From a bacterium (GTDB lineage: Bacteria > UBA8248): a stretch of 64,000 bases of DNA. A model generated the notes under the pieces. The model made no database searches, was not told the origin of the DNA, and worked only from the letters and a program-made list of their open reading frames with translations. Positions 51,978-61,108 of the stretch are shown piece after piece; positions within the stretch are counted from its first letter, which is position 1, and every line of letters starts with the position of its first letter. The stretch spans positions 2,240,001 to 2,304,000 of the forward strand of contig CBDBBI010000010.1 of NCBI GenBank assembly GCA_965202625.1, read 5' to 3'. A program made the position numbers and the translations under genes.

Positions 51978-53633
51978 TCACCTGAATGGGTGGAGGTGGG
52001 AGTAGCTCATCTCCGGGCTCGTGATGAACTCCAGGAGGGCGGCCTCGCCTTCTTGCGTTTTTCGCCTCGCCTCCAGAAAGGCCGCGCCGACTTCCCGGGG
52101 GTCCTCCACGCGCTTTGCCCATCCGCCCAGTGCTCTTGCGATGTCGGCGTATTCGCCTCCTACGTCGCGCGTGCTGTATTTCTCGTGGGAGAGCATCATG
52201 TGGTTCGTCTCCACCGCCATCGTAGAGTTTTTGAGCACCACCGTGCAGATGGGGAGGTTCGAGCGCACCGCGGTCTCGAAGTCCATTCCCGTCATGCCGA
52301 ACGCCGCGTCGCCCATGAAGTTCAGGCAGAATTTATCGGGCGCCGCCAGCTTGGCGCCCATGGCGAGGCCGAGTCCCGTGCCGAGTTGATGGGATTTTCC
52401 CCAGCCCAGATAGGACCTTGGCCCATCGGACTGATAAAAGGGCAGCACCTCGTATCGCGGATTTCCAGAGTCGTGGGTGACGATGGCCTCCGAGGGCGGG
52501 ATGTTCCGCGTCAACTCTCCGATAACGCGGTAGGGGTTGACGGGGACTTCGTCAGAGGTGAGTTTTGGCCGCCATTCGTCAAGCCAGGCCTTACGCGCCC
52601 GCGCCACTTGGTCTTTCACCCCCTCACGCTCCTCCGCTCTCGCGCTCCCCGCGCTTTCGGCGCAGCAGTCGAGGAACTGGCGAAGGAGGAGTTTCGCGTC
52701 CCCGAGCACGGGATGATCCGCGGAATAATTCTTGTTGAGGTCCACGGGGTCGTTTGTCGCGTGGATGATCTTTTTTCCGGCGGGTATGGGCGTGGCGAGT
52801 CCATGGTTGGTGAGGCTTGTGCCGACGGCGAACAGGAGGTCCGCGTCCTTGAGGAAATGATAGGCGGGGCCGGCCATGACGCTCGAGCCGACGCCGAGGG
52901 CCAGGGGATGGCTTTTCTCGGAGATCGCGCTTTTCCCCTCCATGGTGGTCATCACGGGAATTTGCAGAAGCGCGGCCAGCTCCTCCAGCGCATCCGTGGC
53001 CTGCGCGTAGAGGACGCCCGCCCCTGCGAGGATGACGGGTCGCTTCGCCTTGAGCAGCGCTTGGGCGGCGCTCTCGACGTCTTTTGGGTCCCCCTGGGCG
53101 CGCGCTGGCCGCACCGGCGCATAGCCGCGGAGCAGGTCTTCACTTACATCAGCGTTGGCGACGTCCACCGGCAGCTCCACGAGCACGGGACCCGGGCGTC
53201 CGTTCTTCAGCGCGCTGAAGGCGCGGCGCATGGCGTCCGCCGCGCGTTCGGGCACGTTGATTTGCTCCGCCGATTTCGTGACCGAGGCGTATGTGCGAAC
53301 GGAGCTGAACATCGGGAACACGCGGTCCCGCTCTCTGGTGTGGCCGAGGGGCAGCAGGAGGATGGGCGTGGAATCCGAGAAGGCGGTGGAGACGCCCGGA
53401 AACGCGTTTTCCGCCCCTGGTCCATACTGCATGGCGAAGACGGCGGGCGTGGAGCCGTTGGTGACGCGGGCGAAGCCATCGGCGATGCCTACCCCCACGC
53501 GCTCCTGGCGGCAGACGATGGGCTGAATCCCGACCTTGGCTGCGGCCTCGATCAAAACGGTGGTGGGATAGCAGCTGAGGTATCTCACCCCTTCGCGCTT
53601 GAGGATTTGAGCGATGACGTCAACCACGCGCAT
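51978..53633 (-). CDS. ThDP-dependent enzyme
   Basis: RQER.G..IADG, QYGPG.EN, GRPGPV.VE.P and GDAAFGM...N; start refined by a GGGAG RBS. Confidence 0.92.
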   Translation of the reverse strand: MRVVDVIAQILKREGVRYLSCYPTTVLIEAAAKVGIQPIVCRQERVGVGIADGFARVTNGSTPAVFAMQYGPGAENAFPGVSTAFSDSTPILLLPLGHTRERDRVFPMFSSVRTYASVTKSAEQINVPERAADAMRRAFSALKNGRPGPVLVELPVDVANADVSEDLLRGYAPVRPARAQGDPKDVESAAQALLKAKRPVILAGAGVLYAQATDALEELAALLQIPVMTTMEGKSAISEKSHPLALGVGSSVMAGPAYHFLKDADLLFAVGTSLTNHGLATPIPAGKKIIHATNDPVDLNKNYSADHPVLGDAKLLLRQFLDCCAESAGSARAEEREGVKDQVARARKAWLDEWRPKLTSDEVPVNPYRVIGELTRNIPPSEAIVTHDSGNPRYEVLPFYQSDGPRSYLGWGKSHQLGTGLGLAMGAKLAAPDKFCLNFMGDAAFGMTGMDFETAVRSNLPICTVVLKNSTMAVETNHMMLSHEKYSTRDVGGEYADIARALGGWAKRVEDPREVGAAFLEARRKTQEGEAALLEFITSPEMSYSHLHPFR

Positions 53634-53834
53634 GTGCATTCTCCCGCTGTCTGGATGCGTTTCGTCGTCCGGTGCGTATTCGGATTTTCTCACAAGTTGG
53701 CGCGCAAGGAAATTTGCGTCTCCAGGAGCAGTGCTTCTGCCGATTTTCGATACAATGCGCCTTGGCCAACTCGTGAGGAATTCCTGGGGCGATCCCGCGT
53801 CGTTCCCCGTTTTGTGAGAGAAAGGGAGCCGGGC

Positions 53835-54260
53835 CATCGCGAATCGAGAGGCAACGATATACCAAGTGAAAGACCACGTCGCTTATCTGACCCTGCATCG
53901 GCCGGAGAAGAAAAACCCCATTAACCACGCCATACGAAAAGAGGTGCAGGACGCGTATGCGGATATGAAGCACAATCCGGATATCTGGGTGGCCATCATC
54001 ACGGGGGCGAGCGACGTTTTTTGCTCGGGCAAGGATATTTTGGCAAAAGCCCCCCTGAGAACGATGGCCGCGTGATGTCGAACGACGCACTTTACCTGTA
54101 TCGCAGGTATCTATACAAACCTATTATCTGCGCGATTAACGGACCTTGCCTGGCCCAGAGCGCGGGCTTCCGAGGGCTTCGCGCTGAACGCGGACGTTCT
54201 GGTTTTCTCCGAGCGGGCGTCCATGGGCTGGCCGCAGGTGGCGGGGCGAATGACGCCGCC
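53835..54260 (+). pseudogene. Enoyl-CoA hydratase/isomerase (crotonase) remnant (approximate bounds)
   Basis: VAYLTL.RPEK.N and IITGA..FCSG.D, then KPIICAING.C in another frame; truncated. Confidence 0.82.
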
Positions 54261-54301
54261 GTGGTTTTTCCGTATTTCTCAACGCCAGGAGGCGAGGACG
54301 A

Positions 54302-55330
54302 ATGACGAAACCTGTGGTTTGGGTAGGCACCCCCTTCATATTGAATTTTGAGAATCCCATGGCCATGTTCCAACCTCTGACGGATGAGGGGCTGGAAGTT
54401 CGCCTGGACGAGTGCCGGGGCTATATGCCGGAGGAGGACGTGATCGCCGGCCTGGCAGACGTCACTGCGGTCATCGCCGGAGCGGAACCTTACACCAGGC
54501 GCGTCATGGACCACGCCCCGCATTTGGGAATCATCGCGCGCGCCGGAGTGGGAGTGAACAACGTTGACGTTGCGGCGGCCACGGAGAAGGGGATTCTCGT
54601 CACGAACGCGGCGGGGCAAAATTCCAGGTCGGTGGCGGAGCACCTGTTCGGCTTGATGCTCTCAGCCTGCCGGCGCATCGGCTGGTTGGACGCCAACGTT
54701 CGCAAAGGCCTTTGGCGAGAGATTCAGCCGCCGATGCGTCCCCTGAATGGAATGACGCTCGGAATACTCGGGTTCGGGAACATTGGCAAGGAAGTGGCGC
54801 GAAGGGCGGTCGCCTTTGAGATGAACGTGATCGCCCACGACGTCGCACAGGATGAGGAGGCGGCGAATGCGCTGGGCGTTCGCTTCGTGCGCCTGGAGGA
54901 GTTGGCCAGGGAGTCGGATTACCTCACGTGCCACGTTCCCTTGACGCCGGATACGAAGCACATCATCAATGGAGAGATTTTTCGCCTCATGAAGCCGGAC
55001 GCCTTCGTGTTCAACACTTCAAGGGGTCCCGTCTTCGACATCGACGCACTCGCCCAGGCGCTTCAAGACGGCGTCATTCGGGGTGCGGGGGTTGACGTGT
55101 TTCCCGAGGAGCCGCCTGACTGCGCGCACCCCCTTTTCGCACTCGAGAACGTCGTCTTGACGCCGCACCTCGGCGGCCGGGGCGAGGAGGCGATACGCGA
55201 CACCCTCCGCCACGCGACGAGATGCGTTCTGGATTTCTTTCAGGGGAGAAAGCCCTCTAGGCTCCTCAACCTCGAAGCATACGAAGCTTCCGCACGTGAA
55301 GGTGGAATTTCTCGTGAAAGTGGAATTTGA
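54302..55330 (+). CDS. D-isomer-specific 2-hydroxyacid dehydrogenase (SerA-like, no ACT domain)
   Basis: R.GVG..N.D, GFGNIG, NTSRG, DVF.EEP and TPH.G. Confidence 0.93.
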   Translation: MTKPVVWVGTPFILNFENPMAMFQPLTDEGLEVRLDECRGYMPEEDVIAGLADVTAVIAGAEPYTRRVMDHAPHLGIIARAGVGVNNVDVAAATEKGILVTNAAGQNSRSVAEHLFGLMLSACRRIGWLDANVRKGLWREIQPPMRPLNGMTLGILGFGNIGKEVARRAVAFEMNVIAHDVAQDEEAANALGVRFVRLEELARESDYLTCHVPLTPDTKHIINGEIFRLMKPDAFVFNTSRGPVFDIDALAQALQDGVIRGAGVDVFPEEPPDCAHPLFALENVVLTPHLGGRGEEAIRDTLRHATRCVLDFFQGRKPSRLLNLEAYEASAREGGISRESGI

Positions 55331-55476
55331 CGCCCCTAATCCCTAGCTAGTAATGTGATATGAATTTGTTTCGTCAATGTGCGTTTATCGGGCGGGAGAC
55401 GCAGTTTGGAGCCTTGGTGCGCCCGATGCCGCGCATATCCCTTCTAGCGCAGAAAGAGTCAGGAGAGCGCGTGAAT

Positions 55477-56241
55477 ATGAACGAGAGAGCGGCGGCGTGC
55501 CTCACGGGCAAGGATCGCCTCATCGTGGCGCTTGACGTTCCGACCCACGAGCAAGCCCTTGCGGTGGTGGACGCGCTGGATAACGTGTCGTTTTTCAAGG
55601 TGGGTCTTGAACTCTTCCTTGCGGGCGACCTGCTCGGCTTCATACAGAAAATTCAGGAGAAGCGCTCAGGCGAGGGCGGCGTATTCGTTGACCTCAAATT
55701 ATCCGGCGACATCGGCAACACGATTTCCAGATTCGTATGTGCTTCCCAAGCGCTTAACGTCAAGTTCATCACGCTGGTCGAGTCGGTGCCCTATGCTCTC
55801 ACGGTGGCGACCATCAAAGCCGCACTGGACGCGCGCGGCGCGCATCAGCGCGATCCGAGATTGCTGATGGTCCCCCTGCTCTCCAGCCTCGATAGTGTGG
55901 ATTTGGGGGGAGCCGACGCGACGGCGCACATTCTCACGCGCGGGAAAAAGTTGCTGGATGATGGATGCGACGGGTTGATCGTCTCCGGCACGGCCATAGA
56001 AAACTGCCGCAAGAGGTTTCCTGACGCGGTTATCGTAAGCCCTGGAATCAGACCGGCGTCGGCGTCGGCGGATGACCACAAGCGGTGCGCGACTCCGAGG
56101 GATGCGATTCGTCGGGGTGCCGATTATCTCGTGGTGGGCCGACCGATATTGAACGCGCCAGGCGGAGACCGGCGGGGCGCCGCGCAAAAAATCATTGACG
56201 AGGTGGACGAGGCGCTTGAAAAACTGCCCGTGAGCGTGTGA
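55477..56241 (+). CDS. pyrF: Orotidine-5'-phosphate decarboxylase-like protein
   Basis: LIVALD, FKVG.EL, DLK...DI.NT, PGIRP and GADYLVVGRPI; the active-site loop is atypical. Confidence 0.82.
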   Translation: MNERAAACLTGKDRLIVALDVPTHEQALAVVDALDNVSFFKVGLELFLAGDLLGFIQKIQEKRSGEGGVFVDLKLSGDIGNTISRFVCASQALNVKFITLVESVPYALTVATIKAALDARGAHQRDPRLLMVPLLSSLDSVDLGGADATAHILTRGKKLLDDGCDGLIVSGTAIENCRKRFPDAVIVSPGIRPASASADDHKRCATPRDAIRRGADYLVVGRPILNAPGGDRRGAAQKIIDEVDEALEKLPVSV

Positions 56242-56353
56242 CCGATGAAGACGCGCCCCCGCGGCGGGGAGGGATTCCGGGTGTTTCGCCATGTCTCCGA
56301 AAGCGGGGGAGCGGAGGACGAGGCTTGAGCAGAAAACTTCTTTGTCGTCTCTC

Positions 56354-56812
56354 CTACAAAGCGCCGTTGATGGCGTAGTTCAAAATTCTCACCACCTGTT
56401 CCGGTTCTTCCGCCACGGCCATGGCGGCGGCGTCCACCTCCTTGAGCGCGTGGGCGTGCCCCGCCCCGTGCAGGGTGATGAGGGCTTTTCCAAGTGCCGC
56501 CGCGTAGCCTGCGTCAAAGGCGGCGTTCCATTGTTTGTATTTCTCTCCGAAGCGAACGACCACGACGTCCGCTTTTTCGATCAGAGTGCGCGTTCTGATG
56601 GCGTTGACGCCGGCGCCCTTGCTGTCTTTCCAAAACGGTTTTTCCTCATCGCCCAGAATGGACGTCCCGCAGTTGTCGCTGGCGTCATGGTCCGTGACGG
56701 GGCCCGTAAAGGTGACCGGCAACCCCGCTTTCTGCGCACCCTTCTGGATTCTCTCTCGCCAATCTGTATGGACTTCGCCCGAGAGATACACGCTCCAGCT
56801 GGCCTGCGACAT
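56354..56812 (-). CDS. ytoQ: YtoQ family protein (nucleoside 2-deoxyribosyltransferase-like fold)
   Basis: VYLSGE.H.DWR, P.TDH..SD.CG, RFGEKYKQWNAAFDAG and H.LKEVD; AAGGAGG RBS. Confidence 0.9.
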   Translation of the reverse strand: MSQASWSVYLSGEVHTDWRERIQKGAQKAGLPVTFTGPVTDHDASDNCGTSILGDEEKPFWKDSKGAGVNAIRTRTLIEKADVVVVRFGEKYKQWNAAFDAGYAAALGKALITLHGAGHAHALKEVDAAAMAVAEEPEQVVRILNYAINGAL

Positions 56813-56882
56813 GGCGATGCCCTCCTTGTCCCGGAAAACGAACAGTGTTGAAAGATAGGGTTTCTTGCTTCGGGCGACATGG

Positions 56883-56911
56883 AAAACCCCGGCCTGTAAA
56901 GGCCGGGGTTT
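56883..56911 (-). terminator. Intrinsic terminator (possibly bidirectional)
   Basis: AAACCCCGGCCT-GTAA-AGGCCGGGGTTT, with T-runs on both strands. Confidence 0.75.
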
Positions 56912-56984
56912 CACCTTTCGGTGGCCTGGTGGGGATTCGCCTGGGCGAAAGAAAACCCGGGAATCTCCTCAGGGTCCCTCTCCC

Positions 56985-57023
56985 CTAGGCGCCAGCCACC
57001 TCGTCCCTACAGTCTATTTTCAT
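56985..57023 (-). CDS. Small ORF MKIDCRDEVAGA
   Basis: ATG 4 nt after a 16-nt perfect complement of the 16S rRNA 3' end; TAG at 56987-56985. Confidence 0.6.
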   Translation of the reverse strand: MKIDCRDEVAGA

Positions 57024-57055
57024 AATAGGATCACCTCCTTTCTGACGTACCTGTA

Positions 57056-57084
57056 ATGATGCCAAAAGTGCGAAGGAAAGTCAA
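57056..57084 (-). promoter_or_regulatory. Sigma70-like promoter for the small-ORF transcript
   Basis: TTGACT, 17-bp spacer, CATCAT, with an extended -10 TG. Confidence 0.55.
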
Positions 57085-57152
57085 CGCGGGATAGGAACTG
57101 CGCCTGACATCCCTCCGCCGTCCGTGATATACACGTTTCGCGTAGCCGATGC

Positions 57153-57245
57153 GGAGAGGTGTCCGAGAGGCCGAAGGAGTACGACTGGAAATCGTATAGG
57201 TGCCCACAAGGTGCCTCGAGGGTTCGAATCCCTCCCTCTCCGCCA
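57153..57245 (+). tRNA. tRNA-Ser (anticodon GGA)
   Basis: Acceptor stem GGAGAGG/CCTCTCC, anticodon arm TACGA-CTGGAAA-TCGTA, long variable arm, GGTTCGAATCC T-arm, discriminator G and encoded CCA. Confidence 0.97.
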
Positions 57246-57704
57246 CCTTTGGCGGCCAATGTATTATATCAAAACTTCTCGCAGCCCTTGCGGCGGATGC
57301 GGATGCCCCCTCGCCGCCATCACGCTCGACAACCTGCTTTGAACGCCTTTTGCAACGCCCTTGCACAGCCGTTTTATGAGCCGTTTACGCCCCGAAAAAC
57401 GGTTTTTTTCCAGGCGGTTCGCAATGATTTTTGTTTGGCTACGTTCGCAAGGGAAATTGCGTTTGGTCGCACAGGGAAAAAATCTCGCGACAGCCCATGC
57501 TCCAGGGAAAGCGCGAGGATCACCTCGTTTAAAGGACCGCTCCCAGAAGGATTAAAACAACCCACCGGGTGCGCGAGACGAAAGTGTTCGCGCGAGAAGG
57601 GCGGGCGTATGAGAGCCGCCCTTCGGTTCGCGTGTCCTCCCCGCGTGCCCATCCATCGGCGCGGGCCGCCTGAAGACGAGCGGATGCGACCGAGAATGGA
57701 ATCC

Positions 57705-58871
57705 CTAACGCTCGTCAATCGGCGTGTAGGGCGACTCCAGGTCGCCGACGTAGACCGCGCGAGGTCTGAAGAGCCGGTTGTCCGGCAGATATTCGAGAAT
57801 CCGCGCGGACCATCCGGCGATGCGCGGCACGGCGAAGATAGGCGTGAACATGTCCGTGTCGATTCCCATGGCGTTGTAGATGACGCCCGAGAAGAAATCG
57901 ACGTTGGGGAAGATGCCTTTGCCGCCCAGATCCGCCACGACCAGGGCTTCGAGCTTCTTCGCTATCTCGTAGAGATGCGCTGTGCCGGCGCGCTCGGCGA
58001 ATTCCCTGGCGACGGGGTCGAACAGCCGCGCCCTCGGGTCGTAGGCCTTATAGACGCGGTGTCCAAAGCCCATCACCTTCACCTTCTTCTCTTTCGCCGC
58101 CTTGAACCATTCCTCCGTAGTGGCGGGGTCCCCGATTTCTAGGAACGTGCGCAGTGTGGCTTCGTTTGCCCCGCCGTGCAGGGGCCCCTTGAGCGACCCG
58201 ATGCCGGCGACGATGGAGCTGTAAAAATCCGTGAGGGAGCTGTTCGTCACCATGGCGGAGAAAGTGGAGGCGTTCATGCCGTGCTCGGCGTGAATGATGA
58301 GCGCCATGTCCATCACCTCCGCCGTGCGCGCGTCGGGCGCCGCGCCCGTCATCATTCTCAAAAAATCCTCGGACAATCCCTTCGAGGGGTCCGGCTCCAG
58401 AATGGATTCGTTCCTTCTCGTCCTCTGAATGGCTGCCACAAGGGTGGGAAACTGCGCCGTCAGCGTGAGCGCGATGTCGAAATCATTCTCCACGCTCACG
58501 TCAAATTCCTCGGGGTTCAGACAGCCCAGCATGGAGACGGCGGTGCGCAGCGTGCTCATGGGATGGCATCTTGGGGCGAGTTGCGCGATCAGGTCTTTTA
58601 CTTCCGCCGGAACGCTTCGGCGCGAGGCTAAATCCGCGTTGAAGGCTTCGAGCTCCGAACCGGTGGGCAGCTTCCCGTAAAGCAGCAAATAGGCCGTTTC
58701 CTCATACCCTCCGCCTCCGGCGCAGAGATCGTCAATGCTGTATCCACGATAGATCAGTTTCCCGTTCGCTCCATCCACGTAGCTGATGGCGCTTTCGTTC
58801 GTGATGGCCCCCTCAAGACCTTTCTTGAATTCCACGCTTCCGACAAACTGGCGAGGTTTTTCTTCAGCCAT
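57705..58871 (-). CDS. Citrate (or 2-methylcitrate) synthase, short dimeric type
   Basis: GLEG, L.YRGY, HAEHGMNAST, GPLHGGAN, GFGHRVYK..DPR and PNVDF. Confidence 0.95.
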   Translation of the reverse strand: MAEEKPRQFVGSVEFKKGLEGAITNESAISYVDGANGKLIYRGYSIDDLCAGGGGYEETAYLLLYGKLPTGSELEAFNADLASRRSVPAEVKDLIAQLAPRCHPMSTLRTAVSMLGCLNPEEFDVSVENDFDIALTLTAQFPTLVAAIQRTRRNESILEPDPSKGLSEDFLRMMTGAAPDARTAEVMDMALIIHAEHGMNASTFSAMVTNSSLTDFYSSIVAGIGSLKGPLHGGANEATLRTFLEIGDPATTEEWFKAAKEKKVKVMGFGHRVYKAYDPRARLFDPVAREFAERAGTAHLYEIAKKLEALVVADLGGKGIFPNVDFFSGVIYNAMGIDTDMFTPIFAVPRIAGWSARILEYLPDNRLFRPRAVYVGDLESPYTPIDER

Positions 58872-58913
58872 GGGCGTCTCCATACGCAAAGTGATAAAAG
58901 AGCGTCAAAAATT

Positions 58914-58945
58914 CATTTTCATATAAAGGAGTTTATATGAAAATG
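58914..58945. promoter_or_regulatory. Perfect 14-bp-arm palindrome upstream of citrate synthase
   Basis: CATTTTCATATAAA-GGAG-TTTATATGAAAATG. Confidence 0.6.
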
Positions 58946-59379
58946 CGTTTCCCCATGCGTTTCCCCACTAACTAACCGGCCTTGGTGAATCTCTTATTGC
59001 AGATCTTCACCGAACGTCCCATAAAGTTCTTTTATCGTCCAAGCAACGCTCCATGCGCTTTCGAATCAAACGACAATAATCCGCATGTATCTCTTGCCGC
59101 ATGTATCTTGAAGGCAAAGCAGCACCGGTCGTTCTGAGGACGCACTTCTCACGTTGTTCCCAAACCGGCAAACGGGCACCCAAAACGCCCCTTTTAGGAT
59201 AATTTCACCCATAATCTTTACCCAACTTTGAAGTAAAGAGTAAAAATTTTATTCTATGAGACAAGTATACTGTATACAAATATCAAATATCCTGCTTCAT
59301 CCAATCGGCACCAGACGGCGAAAACGACCCCAAAACCGCATTCCCAAACATTCCCGTCTCCCCTGCTCGGCGCGAGAGC

Positions 59380-60237
59380 TCATCCGCTCAGGGCGAGGGC
59401 GAGCTCGCGCACTATCTTGGCGGCGGCTATCGCACTCGCCCCGGAAGCGTCCCATTCGGGTGTCAGCTCCACGACGTCGGCCCCGATGATCTGGGCGCCG
59501 GAATCGTTCAGGACCAAGAGGCAGTCGCTCAACTCCGCAAAGCGGACGCCGCCGGGCTCGGGGTTTGTGGTTCCGGGCACCTCCGCCGGATCCAGGACGT
59601 CCACGTCGATGGTGATATAGACCGCGCGCGCGCCTACGTCCTCCAAAGCGGATTCCACGTTCTGCGGCGTGAGGGGGCGCATCGTCCCGTTTGCTCTCAT
59701 CCACCGAAACTCCTCCCGCGTCCCCGAGCGGACGCCGAACTGATACATTCCGCCCACCCCGCCCAAATTGAGGATGCGCCGCGCCACGCAGGCGTGGGAG
59801 AGGCGCTCTCCCAGATACGCCTCTCTCAGGTCAGCGTGCGCGTCCCATTGAAAAACGATGAGTTCCGGAAAAAACTCCAGCGCCGCCTGGACCAGAGGCA
59901 GGCTGACCGAATGATCTCCTCCCAAGGCGATCAGGCGCTTGCCGTCGCGGAACGTCTTCGCCGCCGCCGCCCGGATGGACGCCAGGGCGGAGGGGATTGC
60001 GTCGCAGGAGAGATCAAGGTCGCCAAGATCGCACAGGGATACCTCGCTCAGGTCCTTGTCCAGGCGCGGGCTGTAACTCTCCAGACTCTCGGACGCGCTT
60101 CTCATGGCCTCGGGGCCAAGGCGCGCGCCTTTTCGAAAACTCGCCGCCCCGTCAAAAGGACATCCCAGAAGCGCGACGCGTGCCGACGCATACGATCTTT
60201 CTGCGCACAGGAAACAGGGCGCGTCCTCTCGCCCCAT
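59380..60237 (-). CDS. speB: Agmatinase
   Basis: GGDHS, DAHAD, DVDVLDP...PGT..PEPGG and D.VE; in an operon with speE. Confidence 0.95.
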   Translation of the reverse strand: MGREDAPCFLCAERSYASARVALLGCPFDGAASFRKGARLGPEAMRSASESLESYSPRLDKDLSEVSLCDLGDLDLSCDAIPSALASIRAAAAKTFRDGKRLIALGGDHSVSLPLVQAALEFFPELIVFQWDAHADLREAYLGERLSHACVARRILNLGGVGGMYQFGVRSGTREEFRWMRANGTMRPLTPQNVESALEDVGARAVYITIDVDVLDPAEVPGTTNPEPGGVRFAELSDCLLVLNDSGAQIIGADVVELTPEWDASGASAIAAAKIVRELALALSG

Positions 60238-61094
60238 CAGCGGAGAATCTCCGCCACATAGGGCGGAAGAACGAACGCGGCCTCGTGGACGGCGGGGGAA
60301 TAATAATGGGTATTCTCATGGGGGCGCAGCGCTCTGGGCCTTGCGTGACCTTGCGCTTTTGCGGATTTCGGCGCCAGTGCGAACGACCATATCCCCCCCG
60401 GGTAGGTTGGCGTGTTGGCCAGATAAAACGAGGCGCCCGGAAACACCCTTTTGATCCGCTTGCCGATTCTGCGCATTCGGCTCCCCTCGAATACCGGGCC
60501 CTGGGTTTGCGCGGCATACAGGCCGTGAGGCGCCAGGGAGCGCTTGGCCGCGCGGAGAAAAGAGGCTTTGGTCAGCGGGCTGGCCATGGCGACGGGATCG
60601 GTGGAATCCACGATGACGACGTCGAACGCCCTTTGATGACGTTCGATGAATTGCACTCCATCCTCAATCCGTATCTCCACCCGGGGGTCGTCCAGTTTGC
60701 CCGCGATCCCCGGCAAAAACTCGCGGCAACAATCCACCACCATCCCGTCAATCTCGACGAGCGTGACGCGATCGACCGTCTCGTGCCTGAGCACCTCCCG
60801 GACGCAGCCGCCATCTCCGCCCCCGATCACGAGAACGGCTCTGGGGCCGGAGTGCGTGCACATGGGCACGTGAACCAGCATCTCGTGATAGATGAACTCG
60901 TCGCGCTCGGTGGTCTGAATCGCGCCGTCGAGCACGAGTGCGCGACCGAAATCCTCTGTCTCCACCAGGGCGACTTCCTGATACGCGCTTTTCGCGGAGA
61001 AAAGGGTGCGCCGCACCTTGACGGCGAGGCCGGTGCCCGGCCCATGGTATTCGGTGAACCAGAACTCTCCCCCCCTGGGAGGGGAGGCGGGCAT
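60237..61094 (-). CDS. speE: Spermidine synthase (polyamine aminopropyltransferase)
   Basis: S.YQ, LDG..Q....DEFIYHEM..H, GGGDGG, VEID and DSTDP; start refined. Confidence 0.95.
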   Translation of the reverse strand: MPASPPRGGEFWFTEYHGPGTGLAVKVRRTLFSAKSAYQEVALVETEDFGRALVLDGAIQTTERDEFIYHEMLVHVPMCTHSGPRAVLVIGGGDGGCVREVLRHETVDRVTLVEIDGMVVDCCREFLPGIAGKLDDPRVEIRIEDGVQFIERHQRAFDVVIVDSTDPVAMASPLTKASFLRAAKRSLAPHGLYAAQTQGPVFEGSRMRRIGKRIKRVFPGASFYLANTPTYPGGIWSFALAPKSAKAQGHARPRALRPHENTHYYSPAVHEAAFVLPPYVAEILR

Positions 61095-61108
61095 AAAGGG
61101 GGTTTTTG

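Larger units (their letters stand above)
56883..57050 (-). ncRNA. Candidate small structured transcript containing a 12-codon ORF and an extended Shine-Dalgarno sequence
   Basis: Promoter at 57084-57056, SD AGAAAGGAGGTGATCC at 57043-57028, ORF 57023-56985, paired segments and a terminator. Confidence 0.6.

Noticed and set aside
51972-53924. 650-aa plus-strand ORF, and similar long antisense ORFs (e.g. 25213-26610, 39880-41115, 59997-61376)
   Set aside because: These are shadow frames opposite well-supported genes, as expected at high GC.
56883-56912. IS200/IS605-type terminal hairpin
   Set aside because: There is no tnpA/tnpB or second end nearby; position and T-run fit a terminator.
57028-57043. 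16S rRNA gene fragment
   Set aside because: Only the terminal 16 nt match and the conserved upstream 16S sequence is absent; better read as an extended SD on the minus strand.
57245-57700. Integrated element at tRNA-Ser
   Set aside because: No integrase and no duplicated tRNA 3' end seen in the window.
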